Origin: Chiloscyllium plagiosum
Taxonomy: Eukaryota
Assembly (NCBI RefSeq): GCF_004010195.1
Contig: NC_057719.1
Span: forward strand, 14,320,364-14,384,363
Direction of reading: 5' to 3'
DNA: 64,000 nt
Made by a program: the position numbers and the translations under genes. The notes beneath the pieces are model-generated. The model ran no database searches. It was not told where the DNA came from and was given only the letters and a program-made list of their open reading frames with translations. Below are positions 37,749 through 52,069 of this stretch, piece after piece (positions within the stretch are counted from its first letter, which is position 1; each line of letters begins with the position of its first letter).

Positions 37749-38929
37749 ATACATCCAGTGGATGCAGAGGAGATCCAGAAATGCAGAAGATTGCTGCCAT
37801 GGTGACATATCAGCTGTTCACCAACTCCAATTAGGCTCCGCTCCAAACAACAGTGCAGCACACTAATCCGTGAGAGCATCTCTAGACAGACACATTCTCA
37901 GAAGCACAGCTGCTTGAACAGTGAGGACTCTGTATGTCACCGAGACTTGGATCATAGACTCTCTGTTGAAGATAACCACTCCTACATGAAAGAGGCTGCA
38001 TTGCCCTGCTTCCTCTTCTCCAGTATCTCCATTCTGAGACAGACTCTCCTGTTCACTCTGACATTGCTGACCACATGTTGTTTATGCCTGTATTATCCTT
38101 CTGCTGTCTTCTTTCTCTTCTCCAATGGGAATTTTGAAGCCTAAATGAGTCCTATGGCAGGTGGCCTCTCTCAGTGTAGAAGGTCTTTTATACAAATGGC
38201 ACATCCCCTCATTTGCCCCCATTTATTTCCACAAATGACAACTGATTCTTGGTCAATTGTCAGTTATAAATCTGCGATAGATTTTTTTTTGTTAAGAATA
38301 AATTCAGGGAAATAGATTTAAGGGATATGGGCATAAAGCAGGTATCTGAAGTTAGACCACAGATCTAATTTGATGAAGGGGCAGTGCTCTGAAAGCTTGT
38401 GATTTCAATTACACTGTTGGACTATAACCTAGTGTCTTGTGACATATCATTTCAGGCAGACTTTGAATTCATTCTTAATTTATGAAACGTTAAATAATTT
38501 CTGTCTGCTGTCAGCACCAGATTCTAGGGTTTCATTGTTGCTTATTGCTTGTTGTCTTTGCATCTTTAATAATTTATAAGTGTGACATGCAGATGAAATG
38601 GCTGAGAGATTTTCTTTTACTCAATGAACATATTAAACATAGCTCTTGATTGCAAAGATGTGGCCAGAGTTAGTGGATTGCTTTTGTGAGAGTTGAGTTA
38701 TAGAGGTAAGGGAATGCTGGAAAAAGACTTAGATGGTTGGAGATGGTTACGTATGGGATGTGCTATGTTGGTTAGGATTGCACTACTCAATCAGATATAA
38801 CTTCGGTTATTATAGTAATTCAAGAAAATTTTCGGCTGATGCTCTCATGAGTATTGCCATCCTTATCACAAACTACCTTATCATCAGAACTCTCATCTAC
38901 CACAAGATGTAAAGGAATGTCACAAATGT

Positions 38930-39290
38930 TATAGAGTCATAGAGATCTACAGCACAGAAAAAGGCCATTTGGCCCATCATATCTCTGCTAGTAAAAAAAC
39001 AATCATCTGACTCTTCTAATCCCATTTTCTAGCAGTTGACTCACAGCCTTGTTTGTGTTGGCATCACAAGTCCACATATAAATACCTAAATGTTATGAGG
39101 GTTTCTGCCTCTATGACCCTCACTGAGTAAGTTCCAGACTTCCACCATCCTCTGGATGAAAATGTTTTCCTTTACATATCCCCTAAACTTTCTGCCCCTT
39201 ACCTTAAATCTATGCCCTCACCCCAGTCATTGATCTTACCACCAAAGAGAAATGCTTTGTCCTATCTACCTATCTCTGCCACTCATAACT
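38930..39290 (-). mobile_element. CR1 LINE 3' fragment
   Basis: Tail motif and ORF2 end. Confidence 0.75.
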
Positions 39291-39469
39291 CTGTAAATAG
39301 AAAACAAAATGACTAAAAACTAATTTTGAATGATTTATTACTCTGGACAAAAATACCCTTTGTTATTTGTAGCAGAATGTTAATTGCAATTTTTTTTCTT
39401 CTAAATACCTTCTCTCTACCACATATATATTTGAACAACATGGATCTTGGGTATCTTGAGCCAACTTGT

Positions 39470-40025
39470 GGAATGTTTCAGAGAAGATCTCTGGGACACA
39501 CGCACTCAACAATCCCATCACCCTGTGGCAGAATACTTTAACTCCTCCCACTCCTGGGACTCCTCCACTGCCAAACCCTAACCATCTGATGTCTGGAGGA
39601 AGAATGCCTCATCTTCTGGCTTGGAACCCTCCAACCACTCAGGATCAATGTGGATTTCACCAGTTTCCTCATTTCCCCTCCTTCCACCTTATTCCAGATC
39701 CAACGCTTCAACTCAACACTGCCCTCTTGAACTGTCCTACCTATCCATCTTCCTTCCCATCTATCCGCTCCACTCTTCTCTCCAAACTATCACTATCACC
39801 CTCACCTCCATCTAACTATCGTATTCCCAGCTACCTTCCTCCCAGCCCCACCCCCTCCCATTTATCTCTCAGTCCCCTTGGGCCACAAGCCTCATTCCTG
39901 ATGAAGGGCTTATGCTCGAAATGTCGATTCTCCGGCTCCTCGGATGCTGCCTGACCTGCTGTGCTTTCTCAGCAACACACTCTTCGACTCTGATCTCCAG
40001 TATCTGCAGTCCTTGCTTTCTCCTA
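39470..40025 (+). mobile_element. Penelope-like element 3' part with hammerhead motif at 39894-39929
   Basis: GIY-YIG C-terminal remnant, then attc-CTGATGA-a-gggc-ttat-gctc-GAAA-tg-TC-gatt. Confidence 0.8.
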
Positions 40026-40460
40026 ACATTGATCAAACTCAGTTACATATTAAGATGAAGGACGTAGTCGTAGAGAGTTAAATACTTTCCATCAGTGTAA
40101 CAATAGGCATTCTTAATGTCAAATAGCATTCTAGAAGATGATCTATTATAGCTCCATCTACACTTGCCCCACTTTGTGATTATTTTTAATTGCAGAAATA
40201 TGTGTTAAGTATTTTCACCTCTTCGCAAGGCAGCTATTCAATGTAGCATTTCTGATTATGGGGCTTGCCTGAAAGCAATTCAATCCACGGACACTAGATT
40301 GAAATTACCTAAAACTAATCTCACAAAAAACCTTTATTGTTGGCAGACAGTATCAGAGAGCACTCTCATTCTGTCAGTCTAAGGTAGATTCAAAGTCCTC
40401 ACATAGAACTTAAATACAGCTTGCAAAATTAATGGATTTAAAGCAAAATAAAGTACTTAC

Positions 40461-40658
40461 ATCCTTCTAACCTAATAAATTCATCCTTTTCCTTTGAAGT
40501 TAAATCGGAATCCTTGATGGTGCTCTGCTGACTGTCAAGATATTGTTCAGAGGTAATCTGAGCTAATTCATGTTCTTCAGCAGGTCTCACTGAAATCTGG
40601 ACGTGAGACCGAGAGTAATGATACCCATGACCCGCTGGACAGATTTCATCAAAGACAG
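40461..40658 (-). CDS. LTBP2: LTBP2 exon, end of TB domain and start of hinge, [66 protein letters not shown]
   Basis: Read manually (not in ORF track); EICPAGHGY motif; AG/GTAAGT boundaries; 198 nt open frame, phase 1-1. Confidence 0.94.
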
Positions 40659-41496
40659 CTGAAATAAAACAAGACGTTACGTGTAAAAATACTATTAAGG
40701 CAAGAGTCCATGTGTTGCACTGTCAATTTGTTGAAAACATGAATGTTTGACAGACATTACTTTAAGTAAAAAAACATGTTTAATACAAAGATAATTAAAC
40801 CTAGCCTATTTGATTCCCTCGTCACTATTATAAACTGTTCCCTCTAGTGTCAGAGTAAGGCACCACTTGTTATAATTGTTTCATGTTGAACTCACTTACA
40901 CATCAGAAATCGGCTTATGTGGTTACGATAGAGCAATGTAATATACTGTTGTTAAATTAACCTCCAATACCAGAGTAGATGGTTTTTGGAATTATAAAAC
41001 TAAACATTCACATCTGTGATCACACTATTGTACCAGTAGCAGCTGCAAGCTATCCAGCTTGATAGCACTTGCTGATTTATACACAGTAATCCATATTTTC
41101 CCTTTGGTATTTTGTTAATAACTTGGTCATTCATAATGTTACAATGTTCCTAGCAGCTGTGTCAAGTATGCATACTTATATCATTTCTCCAAAACACTCC
41201 GGGGGTTGCTGTGATGGGATATTTATAATATTTTATCATTATTTGGGAACTTGGATTCGAAAGTGGAGAAATGATGGGTGGACGTAGGTTTGATTTGTAT
41301 TTCTATACTCTGTATGGTAGGAAAGGGAGACATGAGGTAGATTCCTATAGAGGCCTGGGTGATGTGGGCGATGGGGGGGAACTGGGTCAAAATCAGATGA
41401 GATCTCTGAAGAGGTCTATCTTGATTTTGGGAGTATCTTACACCAAATTTTGGCATTTGATGAGCACATGGTGAGTTTTACACACTAGAGAGCAAT

Positions 41497-41745
41497 TAAG
41501 ATTAGATTGCTTACAGTGTGGAAATAGGCCCTTCGGCCCAACAAGTCCACACCGCCCTGCCAAAGCGCAACCCACCCATACCCCTACATTTACCCCTTAC
41601 CTAACACTACGGGCAATTTAGCATGGCCAATTCACCTGACCTGCACATCTTTGGACTGTGGGAGGAAACCGGAGCACCCGGAGGAAACCCACGCAGACAC
41701 GGGGAGAACGTGCAAACTCCACACAGTCAGTCGCCTGAGGCGGGA
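41497..41745 (-). mobile_element. Young 5'-truncated HE1-type V-SINE
   Basis: CpG-rich, near-consensus V core. Confidence 0.85.
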
Positions 41746-42619
41746 AGGTTGATTATAGCTTGTCACGTGCTTTTTAATGCACAATGCACCTCATTTTGTT
41801 TTTGCTAAAAAAATTTAAAAGTGTCATTAAACAGTTTTTAAAATTTCTTTCCAGCTTCCTATCTTACCAAATTCGAACATGGAAACCAGACCAGGTAGCT
41901 GTCAACTTCAACACGCTGCATGCTCCAAGGGTCTCCTTGTTGTAGCTTGATATCTCAGGGCACATCCGTTGGGCACAGGCCACATGCACTCCACGTCCAA
42001 AGATACCAGCATTCGATATGTGCCAGACTCTAAGAACCCTAACAGCATATCTCTGGCCCACTTACAGGATGCTTCTGCACTTAAATGCTGTGCCAGCATT
42101 TGTAATGCTGCACGGGCCCAGCTCATGGACTGGACAAGGTCACACCACCGGGCTCTTCATTTACTCCATAACTCCCAAGAATGTTAACATCATCCCTACC
42201 TTGCATTACCATGCCTTGGTGTGTCTTACCCCCTCAGCCAAAGAAACTAGACTCATGTTACTTCAGTTCTCCTATGCTGTTTGGTGCAGATGCATAGACC
42301 TCAGTCAAGTGCAGGGGATAGTCTTTGCTCAGGGTTCCCAGCACAGCTGAGGACTAAATGGTAAAACTTTAACCCGCTGTTGGGAACCCTCACTTTTACC
42401 TCCTCCCACCACCCTTCTATAAGTTGGAGGCCAAACCAGACAATTTCCCCTCGACATGCAGTTTTAGTAATATCAAAATTCTGCCAATAAATGGAAATGT
42501 TTTGAAATCAAATTTTTGTCAACTAAAAACTTACCCGCTTTGAAAAAGAAAACCAACAACTTAATCATATTATGTAACATAGCTTTAAAAAGCCTCACAT
42601 TGTATCTGCTTGTTGATAT

Positions 42620-42922
42620 CAGTGGTTAGCACTACTGCCTCACAGTGCCAGGGACCTGGGTTCAATTCCAGCCTTGGGTAACTGTATGTGTGTGGAATTT
42701 GCATGTTCTCTCTCTGTCTGTGTGGATTTCCTCCCACAGTCCAAAGATGTACAGGTTGGCTATGCAAAATGGCACATAGTGTCCAGGGATGTGCAGGCTA
42801 GGTGTATTTTGCCAGGGGAAATGCAGAATTACAGCAATAGGAGTGTAGGTCTGGTTGGGATGCCCTTCAGAGGGTTGGTGTGGGCTGAATGGCCTGCTTC
42901 AACACTGTGGGGATCCTATGAT
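42620..42922 (+). mobile_element. HE1-type V-SINE
   Basis: Head, core and tail. Confidence 0.8.
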
Positions 42923-43061
42923 TGAATTTTAAATATGAATAAACTATAACTAGCAAAGGCTACTTCAATTCTGACTTGTAGCTTTTTATAATAATATCCA
43001 TCTCTTTCATATGTAATGATTTACAAAGAACAGTGAGGCAGCACGTGAAATAAATTATTAC

Positions 43062-43226
43062 CTGAGCCAGGCAGCGGGCACTTTTCACAGTTTTTACCCC
43101 ATCCTTTGCCCACTCGGCTACAGCAGCAGATCTGTTTCGTGATCTGCTGAGAAAGAGGCAGCGAGCAGTTCCTTCTGGACAGCGATCTAAAACAAGTGCC
43201 TTTTTCTACCGAAACAGCTTTGTCCG
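43062..43226 (-). CDS. LTBP2: LTBP2 exon, TB (8-Cys) domain first part, [55 protein letters not shown]
   Basis: CCC motif of TB domain; SDKA and [13 protein letters not shown] match recalled LTBP2; AG/GTAATA boundaries; 165 nt, phase 1-1. Confidence 0.96.
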
Positions 43227-44537
43227 CTGAAAAGAAAAACCAATTGCAAAAAAACAAAATCAACACATTGCTCTCAGGAGGGTAGTTCAGGAGCTCAATC
43301 ATCTCCTACCTTTGAATAACATTTACCCAACAAGCCCAATTCATTGCTGATTTGAAATCAGAAAAGTTTCAAAACCCAAATGACTTTTGTTTCTTTTCAA
43401 ATGCAGGTTGACTTGTTTTAAAATGCAGTTCCATATCATTGTTCATTGATGTGGTTTTACATTATGAACCAGAATGTGTTGTTTGTGCATAGAACAATAC
43501 GGACTAAACTTCAAAAATACTTGTTTCTAAAAACTTTGTGATGTTCTGGAGACACATGAGCAAGTACATAAGCATATGTTCTCTTTTGTTCTTTTAAATT
43601 ACACACCACCTTCCTCGAAAATATTAGAAATTTTCTTGAAGTAGCACTTCTCTAACAGTACTTTGATCAATTTTACAATAAGAATATTCACAGAAAGGAA
43701 GAAAGGTGGCAGCAAGGAATGGTGTCAGGATTATCAAAGAAGACTAAAATGAGATGAAAGAGCATGCACCAAGCACTGATCCTGTAAACCTTAACAAGTG
43801 GTTCAAAATAAACTTTAACTAAGGCCAATAACGGGCCTTTAGCTTACAAACAAGGAATTATGTACACCCCATGAGACAAGGTGAGGAGAAATCAATAATT
43901 TACTGTAGAAAGATTTTTTGCATGCACAATTTCATTTATAGCCGTCATAAAACTGCAGGTCAAGTAATGAGTTTGCTGTGAATCACTTGACGGTGTCAAT
44001 TGTGCTGTATAAATAATTGCCAGCTTTTCTTTCTCTACCATTTTACAATTCACCCTGTCACATAGTATTGAGCAATTAGAACCTAAAAGGATCCAGCTCA
44101 TGGTTCAAAAGACTAATTGTCTCTCTGAAATAAGGTATTTTAACCCCAAAACCTACCCAACTGGAAACTGGTACAATTACAATCATGTAATGTAACTGAA
44201 AACAAGACAGAAGATGTAAAATAGGCAGCCTAGAAGTCTCCAAGCTTGATGTACTTTTATTCTAATATTGTCCTATTGGAGACTTATCGCACCTGAAAAG
44301 TATCCCAAAGAGGGCCCTCTTGTGGCAGAGTGGTAGTGACCCTCCCCCTGGATCAGGAGATGGGGGTTCAAGTTCCATCTGCTCCAGAGAAGGGTAATAG
44401 CATCCCTGAACAAGTTGATTGGATAAGTAGGTTAAATAAAAGCACCCCAAATGAAATATGGAGCTCCCTGATTCATCATTTGAAGAGACTAATCATACTA
44501 AAGCAAATGTCAGTAAGGGAATGTTAACATTCCTACT

Positions 44538-44850
44538 GTCACGGTGGCTCAGTGGTTAGCACTGTTGCCTCATATTGCCAAGGACCCAGGTTTGATTCCT
44601 GTCTCAGGCAACTGTCTGTGTGGAGTTTGCATATTCTCCCTGTGTCTGCGTGGGTTTCCTCCGGGTGTTCCAGTTTCCTCCCATAATCCAAAGATGTGCA
44701 GCCAGGTGAATTGGCCATGCTAAATTGCCCCAAGTGTTAGGCGCATTAGTCAGGGGTATGCATAGGGTCTGGGTGGGTTACTCTGCGGAGGGTCAGTGTG
44801 GGCTTGTTGGGTCAAAGGGCCTGTTTCCATATTGTGGAGAATCTAATCTA
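44538..44850 (+). mobile_element. HE1-type V-SINE
   Basis: Head, core and tail. Confidence 0.85.
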
Positions 44851-45439
44851 ATATTAAACTCAAGGTTGCAGGTTGTGGAAGAAAATACTCAGATGCCAAT
44901 AATCTAATTTTCGATTATTACACAATGATCTCATGTAAAGTGTGAGATAAGGTTCAATTTCTGAGTTATAAACTGAGGGATGATGAATTATAATGCAGCA
45001 CAAGTCCAAGAACAGAAATTAGGCCAGTCTAAAATGGTGGGAACTGAGTCAGTTGGGGTTACATGGCAGTGGGCATATTTCAGTTTCCAGGCAGTGGGAA
45101 AACATGCCCCTGCTAAAGCCCATGTCCCGCAGGAGCTGACATGGAATTCCTGGCAGAAGTGGGCAAATGTAAATGAAGTTCATTAATGACATTCCCCTTC
45201 TCCTACCCTGTTAATAAAATTAAAACTAGCATTATTGTCACTTGAGTACAGTGGAAACGTTATAAGTTACCACTTATGGCACCATCTTAGGTACAAAGGT
45301 ATTCTTGATTCTTCACTACAAACTTTTAGGGGAAAAAAATTAGAAAAATAGAGAAATAAGAGGTCTAGCATTACAGATCATAATAATACATTGGAAAAAT
45401 AAGGAAACAAAAATGTCAGAATAACAATCCTTCCAACCC

Positions 45440-46088
45440 AGGAGAAAGTGAGGACTGCAGATGCTGGAGATTAGAGCCAAACAATGTGGTGCTGGAAAAG
45501 CACAGTTGGTCAGGCAGCATCTGAGGAGCAGAAGAGTCGATGTTTCAGAGAACATCTCCGGGACACGTGCACCAATCAACCCACCATCCTATGGCCGAAC
45601 ACTTCAACTCCCCCTCCCACTCTGCCAATGACATGCAAGTCACCAGACGCCTGAAGGAAGAATGCCTTATCTTCCACCTTTGGGACCCTCCAACCACACG
45701 GAATCAATGTTGAATTTACCAGTTTCCTACTTCCCTTCCCCCCCACCTTATCCCAGATCCAACCCTCCAACTCGGCACCACCCTGGTGACCTGTCCTACC
45801 TGTCCATCTTCCTTTCCACCTATCCACTCCACCCTCCCCTCCCACCTATCATCACCACACCCAACCTTCATCCACCTATCGTATTCCCAGCCACCTTACC
45901 CCAGCCCCACCCCCACCCCATCCCCACTTATCTCTCTACCCCTTTGGGCCACAAGCCTCATTCCCGATGAAGGGCTTATGTCCGAAACGTTCGACTCTCC
46001 TGCTCCTCAGATGCTGCCTGATCTGCTGTGCTTTTCCAGCACATCCTTTGATTTTGATCTCCAGCATCTGCAGTCCTCACTTTTTCCC
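45440..46088 (+). mobile_element. Penelope-like 3' part with inverted family A terminus
   Basis: Minus terminal repeat 45440-45546, then FREHL GIY-YIG remnant and plus terminal repeat. Confidence 0.8.
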
Positions 46089-46324
46089 TGTATTGTGAGG
46101 TTGACTGGTATTGAGAGTGCAGCATAAAGGAAAGTTGAAGATACATTAAGTATGTGCAGGTCAATATGGTGGTGTTTCGGCCTAGTGTGGGCTCAGCGTG
46201 GACTTCCCACCTCAAGATGATTCCAGAGTGGTCTCTGGCCTCAGGGTGAAGGCCAGTGCAATCTAGAGTCCAGGCCCAGTACACACTAGAGGCTAGATTC
46301 CAGAGAAGACTACTTTGGAAGGAC

Positions 46325-47085
46325 TGAGTCAAAAAGTGTGGTGCTGGAAAAGCACAGCCGGACAGACAGCATCCAAGGAGCAGGAGAATCAACCTTTCAA
46401 GCATAAGCTCTTCATCAGGAACGTGGTGGGGTTGGGGGGTACAGTGGGTGGTTAGGTTTTGGTGACGGAGGAGGCCCAGGTCCGGCATGTCCTTGGCAGA
46501 GTGGAAGGGGAGTTAAAGTGTTCAGCTACAGGGTGGTGGGATTGGTCAGTGCAGGTGTTCTCTGAAAAGATCCGCAAGTTGGTGTTCTGTCTCCACAATG
46601 TAGAGGAGACCACATCAGGTGCAACGGATGCAGTAGATGATATGTGTGGAAGTACAGGTAAATCTCTGCTGGATGTGGAAGGGTCCTTTGGGGCCTTGGA
46701 CGGAGGTGAGGGCAGAGGTGTGGGCACAGGCTTTGCACTTCTTGTGGTGGCAGGGGAAGGTGCCAGGAGTGACGGGTGCGTTGGTGGGGAGGGCGGGGAC
46801 CTGACAAGGGAGTCATGGAGAGAATGGTCTTTACGGATGGTGGATAGGGGTGGGGTGGGAAATATATTTCTGGTGTTAGGGTCTGTTTGCAGGTGGTGGA
46901 AATGGCGGTGGATGATGTGATTTATCCGAAGGTTGGTCGGGTGGAAAGTGAGGACCGAGGGGTGTTCTGCCCTTGTTGCTTTGAGCGGGATGGGGTTTAA
47001 GGGCAGAGGTGTGGGAATTGGAGGAGATATGTTGGAGGGCATCAACCACGTGGGAGGGGCAATTGTGGTTTTAGAAGGAGGCCAA
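46325..47085 (-). mobile_element. Penelope-like element, GIY-YIG endonuclease region and terminus
   Basis: Minus remnants VLTFHPTNLRINHIIHRHFHHLQTDP, THIIYCIRCT...LLYIVETE...FRE, HPVAEHFNSP. Confidence 0.85.
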
Positions 47086-47229
47086 AGGCAGGTTTTACTC
47101 ACCTTATAACTGGGCACAAAGAACTGAGCTGGTAACACAAGCTACATTGCAAAGATGGGTGAGAGTTTAAGACATTCCCACACAGAGGTAATGCTGCGTG
47201 CCAAATGACAAAGAGAAATAGATTTCCAA

Positions 47230-47700
47230 ATAAAACAACTAGTACAAGAAGTATAAAGCTTATTTCAAGCTAAAATTCAGAACTTTTGCAAATTCATCAG
47301 AAGTTGCAGCAATCAATTTGGTGTTAATGTAAAACCAATGTAAAAGCAGAAGAAAAAATCCATCCTGAAGAAGATACTCAAGACCATCAGAAAAGGATCA
47401 GCCAGTGGTCTGAACTTGAGAACCATGTATTCGAATGGGTCCACTAAAACCTCAAAATTATTTCACCATTGCAGGATTGGCAAAGTGTGTATGTGGCTTA
47501 AAGTGGGTGAAATCAAACCCCGATTCTGAGAAAGTTTCAGGGCAACAGTTAGCTCCTGTAAACACTTCATGCAACAAAAATGTTTTTACAGGTGTCCAGG
47601 ATTATTTAGAGATGAAAGTGTGGGATACTAATATCATCATCAGACAGTAGGTAAGCTATAAGCATCCATTATGCCACATAGGCAACATGGAAAGGATCAT
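47230..47700 (+). mobile_element. pogo/Tigger-family transposase relic
   Basis: QWSELENHVFEWV (CENP-B-type HTH) and IGNME near the first catalytic motif. Confidence 0.55.
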
Positions 47701-48120
47701 ACACTTAAAGATATACAGCATGGAAAAAGACTCTTTAGTCCAAATCCTCCATGCTGACCAGATATCCTAAATTAATCAGGTACCATTTGCCAGCGTTTGA
47801 CCCATATCTCTCTGAATCCTTCCTGGTCATGGACCATTCCAGCTGCCTTTTAAATGTTGTAATTGTACCAGTCTCCACCACCTCCTCTGGCAGCTCACTC
47901 CATACACGCACCACCCTCTGAGTGAAAAAGTTGTCCCATAGGTCCTTTTAAATCATTCTCTCTCACCTTAAACTTATGCCCTCTAGTTTTGGTCTTTCCT
48001 ACTTTGGGAAAAATGACCTTGGTTATTCATCCTATCCATGCCCCTCTATAAGGTCACTCCTCAACCTCTGATTCTCCAGGGAAAATAGCCCCAGCCTATT
48101 CAGCCCTCTCTCTATAACTA
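47700..48120 (-). mobile_element. CR1 LINE 3' fragment
   Basis: Same tail family as 652-1075. Confidence 0.8.
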
Positions 48121-49937
48121 CAGATAAGCAATTATGAACTCTGGAGATGAACTGTCTACTAGTTAAAACAAACTAAAATTTGTCACTTTATAATAAAATT
48201 CAACCCACCGAATACAGTGCAATGTAGCTTTTGTTGAAAGCGCTATAGGATGGCTTCTGTTTTATTGGATATGATTCTCACTGGCTGTGCCCATCCCTAG
48301 TTGCCCTTGAGAAGGTGGGTGGTGAGCTGCCTTCTTGAACTGCTGCAGTCCACCTGTTGTGGGCTGACCCACAATACCATGAGCGAGGGAATTCCAGGAT
48401 TTTGACCCAGAGATAGTGAAGGAATAGCGATATATTTCTAAGTCAGGATGGTGAGTGGCTTGGAGAGAAACTTGAAGTTGATGGTGTTCCCATGTATCTG
48501 CTTCCCTTGTCCTTTTAGATGGAAGGGATCATGGGTTTGGAAGGTGCTTTGGTGAATTCTTACAATGTGTCTAGTACAGAGTACACTGTGCTGCTGCTGC
48601 ACATTTTTGGTGGAGGGAGTGGATGTCAGTACATGTTGTGCCAATGAAGCAGCTTGCTTTATCCTGGATGGTATAAGTTTTATCATCACAGTGGCTGCGG
48701 CTCTCAAGTGAGCCAACCTCCTCTAATGGTCTAACATGGCCAGAGACTATAATTCAGTGCTCTGACTCATTCCAAACTCCCACAGAGGACATCAGAAACA
48801 TTAATTTTGCCACACTTCACAAATGCATCAAGATGGTCATTTGTGGCCTGTATGTCAAAGGTATGAAAAATTCACCACATTCATCCTGGATAATGAAAAG
48901 GCCTTGCAACTGGGTTCATGTTGCAAGATTACCACCAGTCCAGGGAATTAATTGTGGCCACTTTAATGATTCAAGCCTCAATATGACATCTTATGATCTT
49001 CAGGAAACAAAAAAGAGATTTATTTTGAAATAGTCAGCGACCAATGAAAGTCACACCCCAGACAGCATTCATGACATCTTCATGTTAAGCCAACCATCAG
49101 CGCCTGGGCCATTTTAAGATCAGTGCAAGCTGTTCTAAAGCAATGGTAGATGATATACTAATTTAGGATATCAACCGCAGGACCAACATGTATATCAACA
49201 GCTTGTGTGCAAAAGTGACTTCAGAAACAGGCCACCATTTGGACAGTGAATAATCATTTTTCCTGAATTTAATTGTGACTTGACCAAAATAGTTTTGTAT
49301 ATTTTTCTAGAGTTCTGTGGGACCGTGTTAATGTATTGGTCTTCAAGAAGGATAGTTGTATATATTTGCACAATTTAAACCATCTGTAAAGAAACTTTAT
49401 ATATTTGCCTGGTTTGCAACAAACTAGTCCTTCATATATTAAAGTTGAGGAACCAGGCTGATTTTTTTTTCTGATACTTAACTGTGCACAGTCTGATACA
49501 TATGAATATATAATTGATAATATTACCTTTCTTAAAAGCAAGCATTTTTATTACCAGTGGAAGAGTGGGACAAGAAAACAAATCAGTTCAGCACTCCTAA
49601 TTTGCTCATAACAGAGCAGTCAGGCTAGTCTTCAAGACAATCCTTCAGTTCTAGCTGATTGAGATAGTGTGGCTCCTACAGCTACAGGAATTATTTTCAA
49701 ATCCAGCATCCAACATTTCTGTGAGCTTTCCATTGCTTGCTTACCTTAAGTAGTAAACAGTCTAAAGGACCAAAATTAACATTAGGAATAAGATTCACCA
49801 CCAGTTTCCAAAGGATCTTTGGAGTAGACACGTTGGTCCCACACATGGAAACCCAGAGAAAGTATATCTGAAGAAGGTGCCTCTTCTCTGTTTCTCATCT
49901 CGGATTTACTTGTGGCTATTACACAAGTGGGAAAAAT

Positions 49938-50092
49938 GTACACATGCACACACATGCAAGACACAAACACACACTCATACATTTTCACTCACACGCATAC
50001 CCTCTCACAGACATATATTCTGTCACACTCATGCATACCCTCTATCAAGCTTGCACACAGGCACACACATACACACACACCTGGATACTCAC
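49938..50092. repeat. Degenerate (CA)n-rich low-complexity tract
   Basis: acacatgcacacacatgc...cacacatacacacacac. Confidence 0.75.
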
Positions 50093-51025
50093 AATGACTG
50101 ATTTCAAGAATTTTCCCTCTGTATGAAGAGGGGAGATTAGGTGTTGAGGTATTGGTATTCTTCCAAGTATTGGATATCAACAATTTTTTTCTTTCCCCCG
50201 ATATAAGCCAAGTACCTAAGATGATCCCTTGGTGGGGGCAGGTACCATCCAAGAATTATTAAGTTGTAAATGTGCCTGGCTCACAGAGTCAGTGACAAGC
50301 CATGCAGCACTTGAGATTAGCTGCCACGAAAAATTCAAGTACTTTTTGGGAACTTTAGCACTGGATTGCACAGTTTATTTCAAAGGTTTTATGGATGGAT
50401 CCATTTTTGGACAGAATGTATACTCGTAAAATACAGAAGTGGTCCAGTCAATCTGAGAGCCTTGTTCCACTGGTATGAATGCAAGCCTGAACCCACAGAA
50501 AGTGTCACATCAAAGTTCAGAACTCCCATCCTAAATTATGGAATAATGGTGGTATTTGCATAAAGGCTGCCAAGTAGACCAATAAGTACCTTGACTACTT
50601 GAAATCTTGACTTCCCACCTTTTCAATACTCCTGAAGCATTGAAGGGCTGGAGAATTTCAGACATTGAATGATCTTCAACTTGCACAGTATTCCAACTGG
50701 AACTCCTGATGTCCACCTCATAGAGTTGGATTCTTATCAATATTCCAGTCTCACCTGAGAACAAATGGGCCTTATGTTCCTCCTGCATTGACATTTCTAG
50801 GCCTTAAGCTTTGTATTAAGGACAAATATATCAAACACAACATATTTGAAACCATATTCACAAAATATTTCCTAGTAATATTTTCACAGATGTTAGATCT
50901 TTTTAACATTCTATGCATTATGAAAACTGGATGACAATGTGGTGAAGGTTAAGATCTGCCTGCCTTAACTACATCCAGAAATGTCACTGATATATACAGC
51001 ATAGAATCATCAGATTATCACTTAC

Positions 51026-51148
51026 AGATGCAGTGGCTCCTTGATGTATCCATCATATACCCAGGTTTACACGTACATCTGTAGCTACCTCTGGTGTTCA
51101 AACAGTTAGCATTTTGACACATTCCTGACATCAGGCATTCGTTGATAT
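51026..51148 (-). CDS. LTBP2: LTBP2 exon, calcium-binding EGF domain DINECLMSGMCQNANCLNTRGSYRCTCKPGYMMDTSRSHCI
   Basis: cbEGF consensus with 6 Cys; AG/GTAAGT boundaries; 123 nt, phase 1-1. Confidence 0.96.
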
Positions 51149-51439
51149 CTGAGATTAAGAAAATGCACCATGTTGTTGAGCACAAAAGAGTACATCTCAA
51201 GGTAACTTAAGAGAAAACTATGTAACAAATTATATTGGATTAATAAATCTCTGCAAAATGCAAACTCAAAGACATTGAATGAACAGCAGTACAATGGAGC
51301 AGAGTGTAGATCTGAGAGTTTGGTGAGTAAGGGAAGAAAGTGTTCCTCTCTTTTTTCATCTGTCACCCTCCAGAAGTGCAGTTGAAAAGTTTGCAAGAGA
51401 GGAGACAGAGAACCAGAAGACTTTCAGCTCTGCAACCAC

Positions 51440-51965
51440 CTCCCATCCTCAGACAATCAGCGATTAAATATAAGGTTTTGCAATGAAAAAAATGGGTTAA
51501 GGAATAAACAATACGTGGAGGTAGATTCCAAAGGGAGACAGGAACAGTTAGACAGACAAAGGAGTGGAAAGTGATCAGCCTGGGAGAACAAACAGCTACT
51601 AATGGGGGCAATTAGTGGCTGACAATGGGCTGTGTATAGTAGCAGACCATGTGATAACAAGGCCAAGTGTGCGGGGGTTGGGGTAAGGAGAAAATTGTTG
51701 AACTCGATATTGAGTTCCAGAAGGCTATGGAGTTCTCAAGGGGAAAAATGAAGTGCTGCCCTTCCAGCTTGTTCTGAGCTTCACTTGAACACTGCAGCAA
51801 GCCTGAGACAGAGATATTGGCCAGGGAACAAGGTGGTGTGTTGAAGTGGCAGGCAATTGGATGCTCAGGACCTTTTTTGCGGGCAGAATGGAGGTGTTCT
51901 GCGAACTGCACACCCAGTCTACACTTCATTTCCCTTCAGTGTAGAGAAACCACATTGTGAGCAAT
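51440..51965 (-). mobile_element. Penelope-like GIY-YIG fragment (different subfamily)
   Basis: KCRLGVQFAEHLHSARKKGPEHPIACHFNTPP...KLEGQHFIF. Confidence 0.8.
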
Positions 51966-52069
51966 GAAGGCTGAGTGAGTGTCTTACTCGTTTACCAGTA
52001 ACTTTTCAGTTCCTTTCTACTAAAGTCTTTTAAAATAGGATAAGTGCACTTGAGTCTCAAACAAACTGG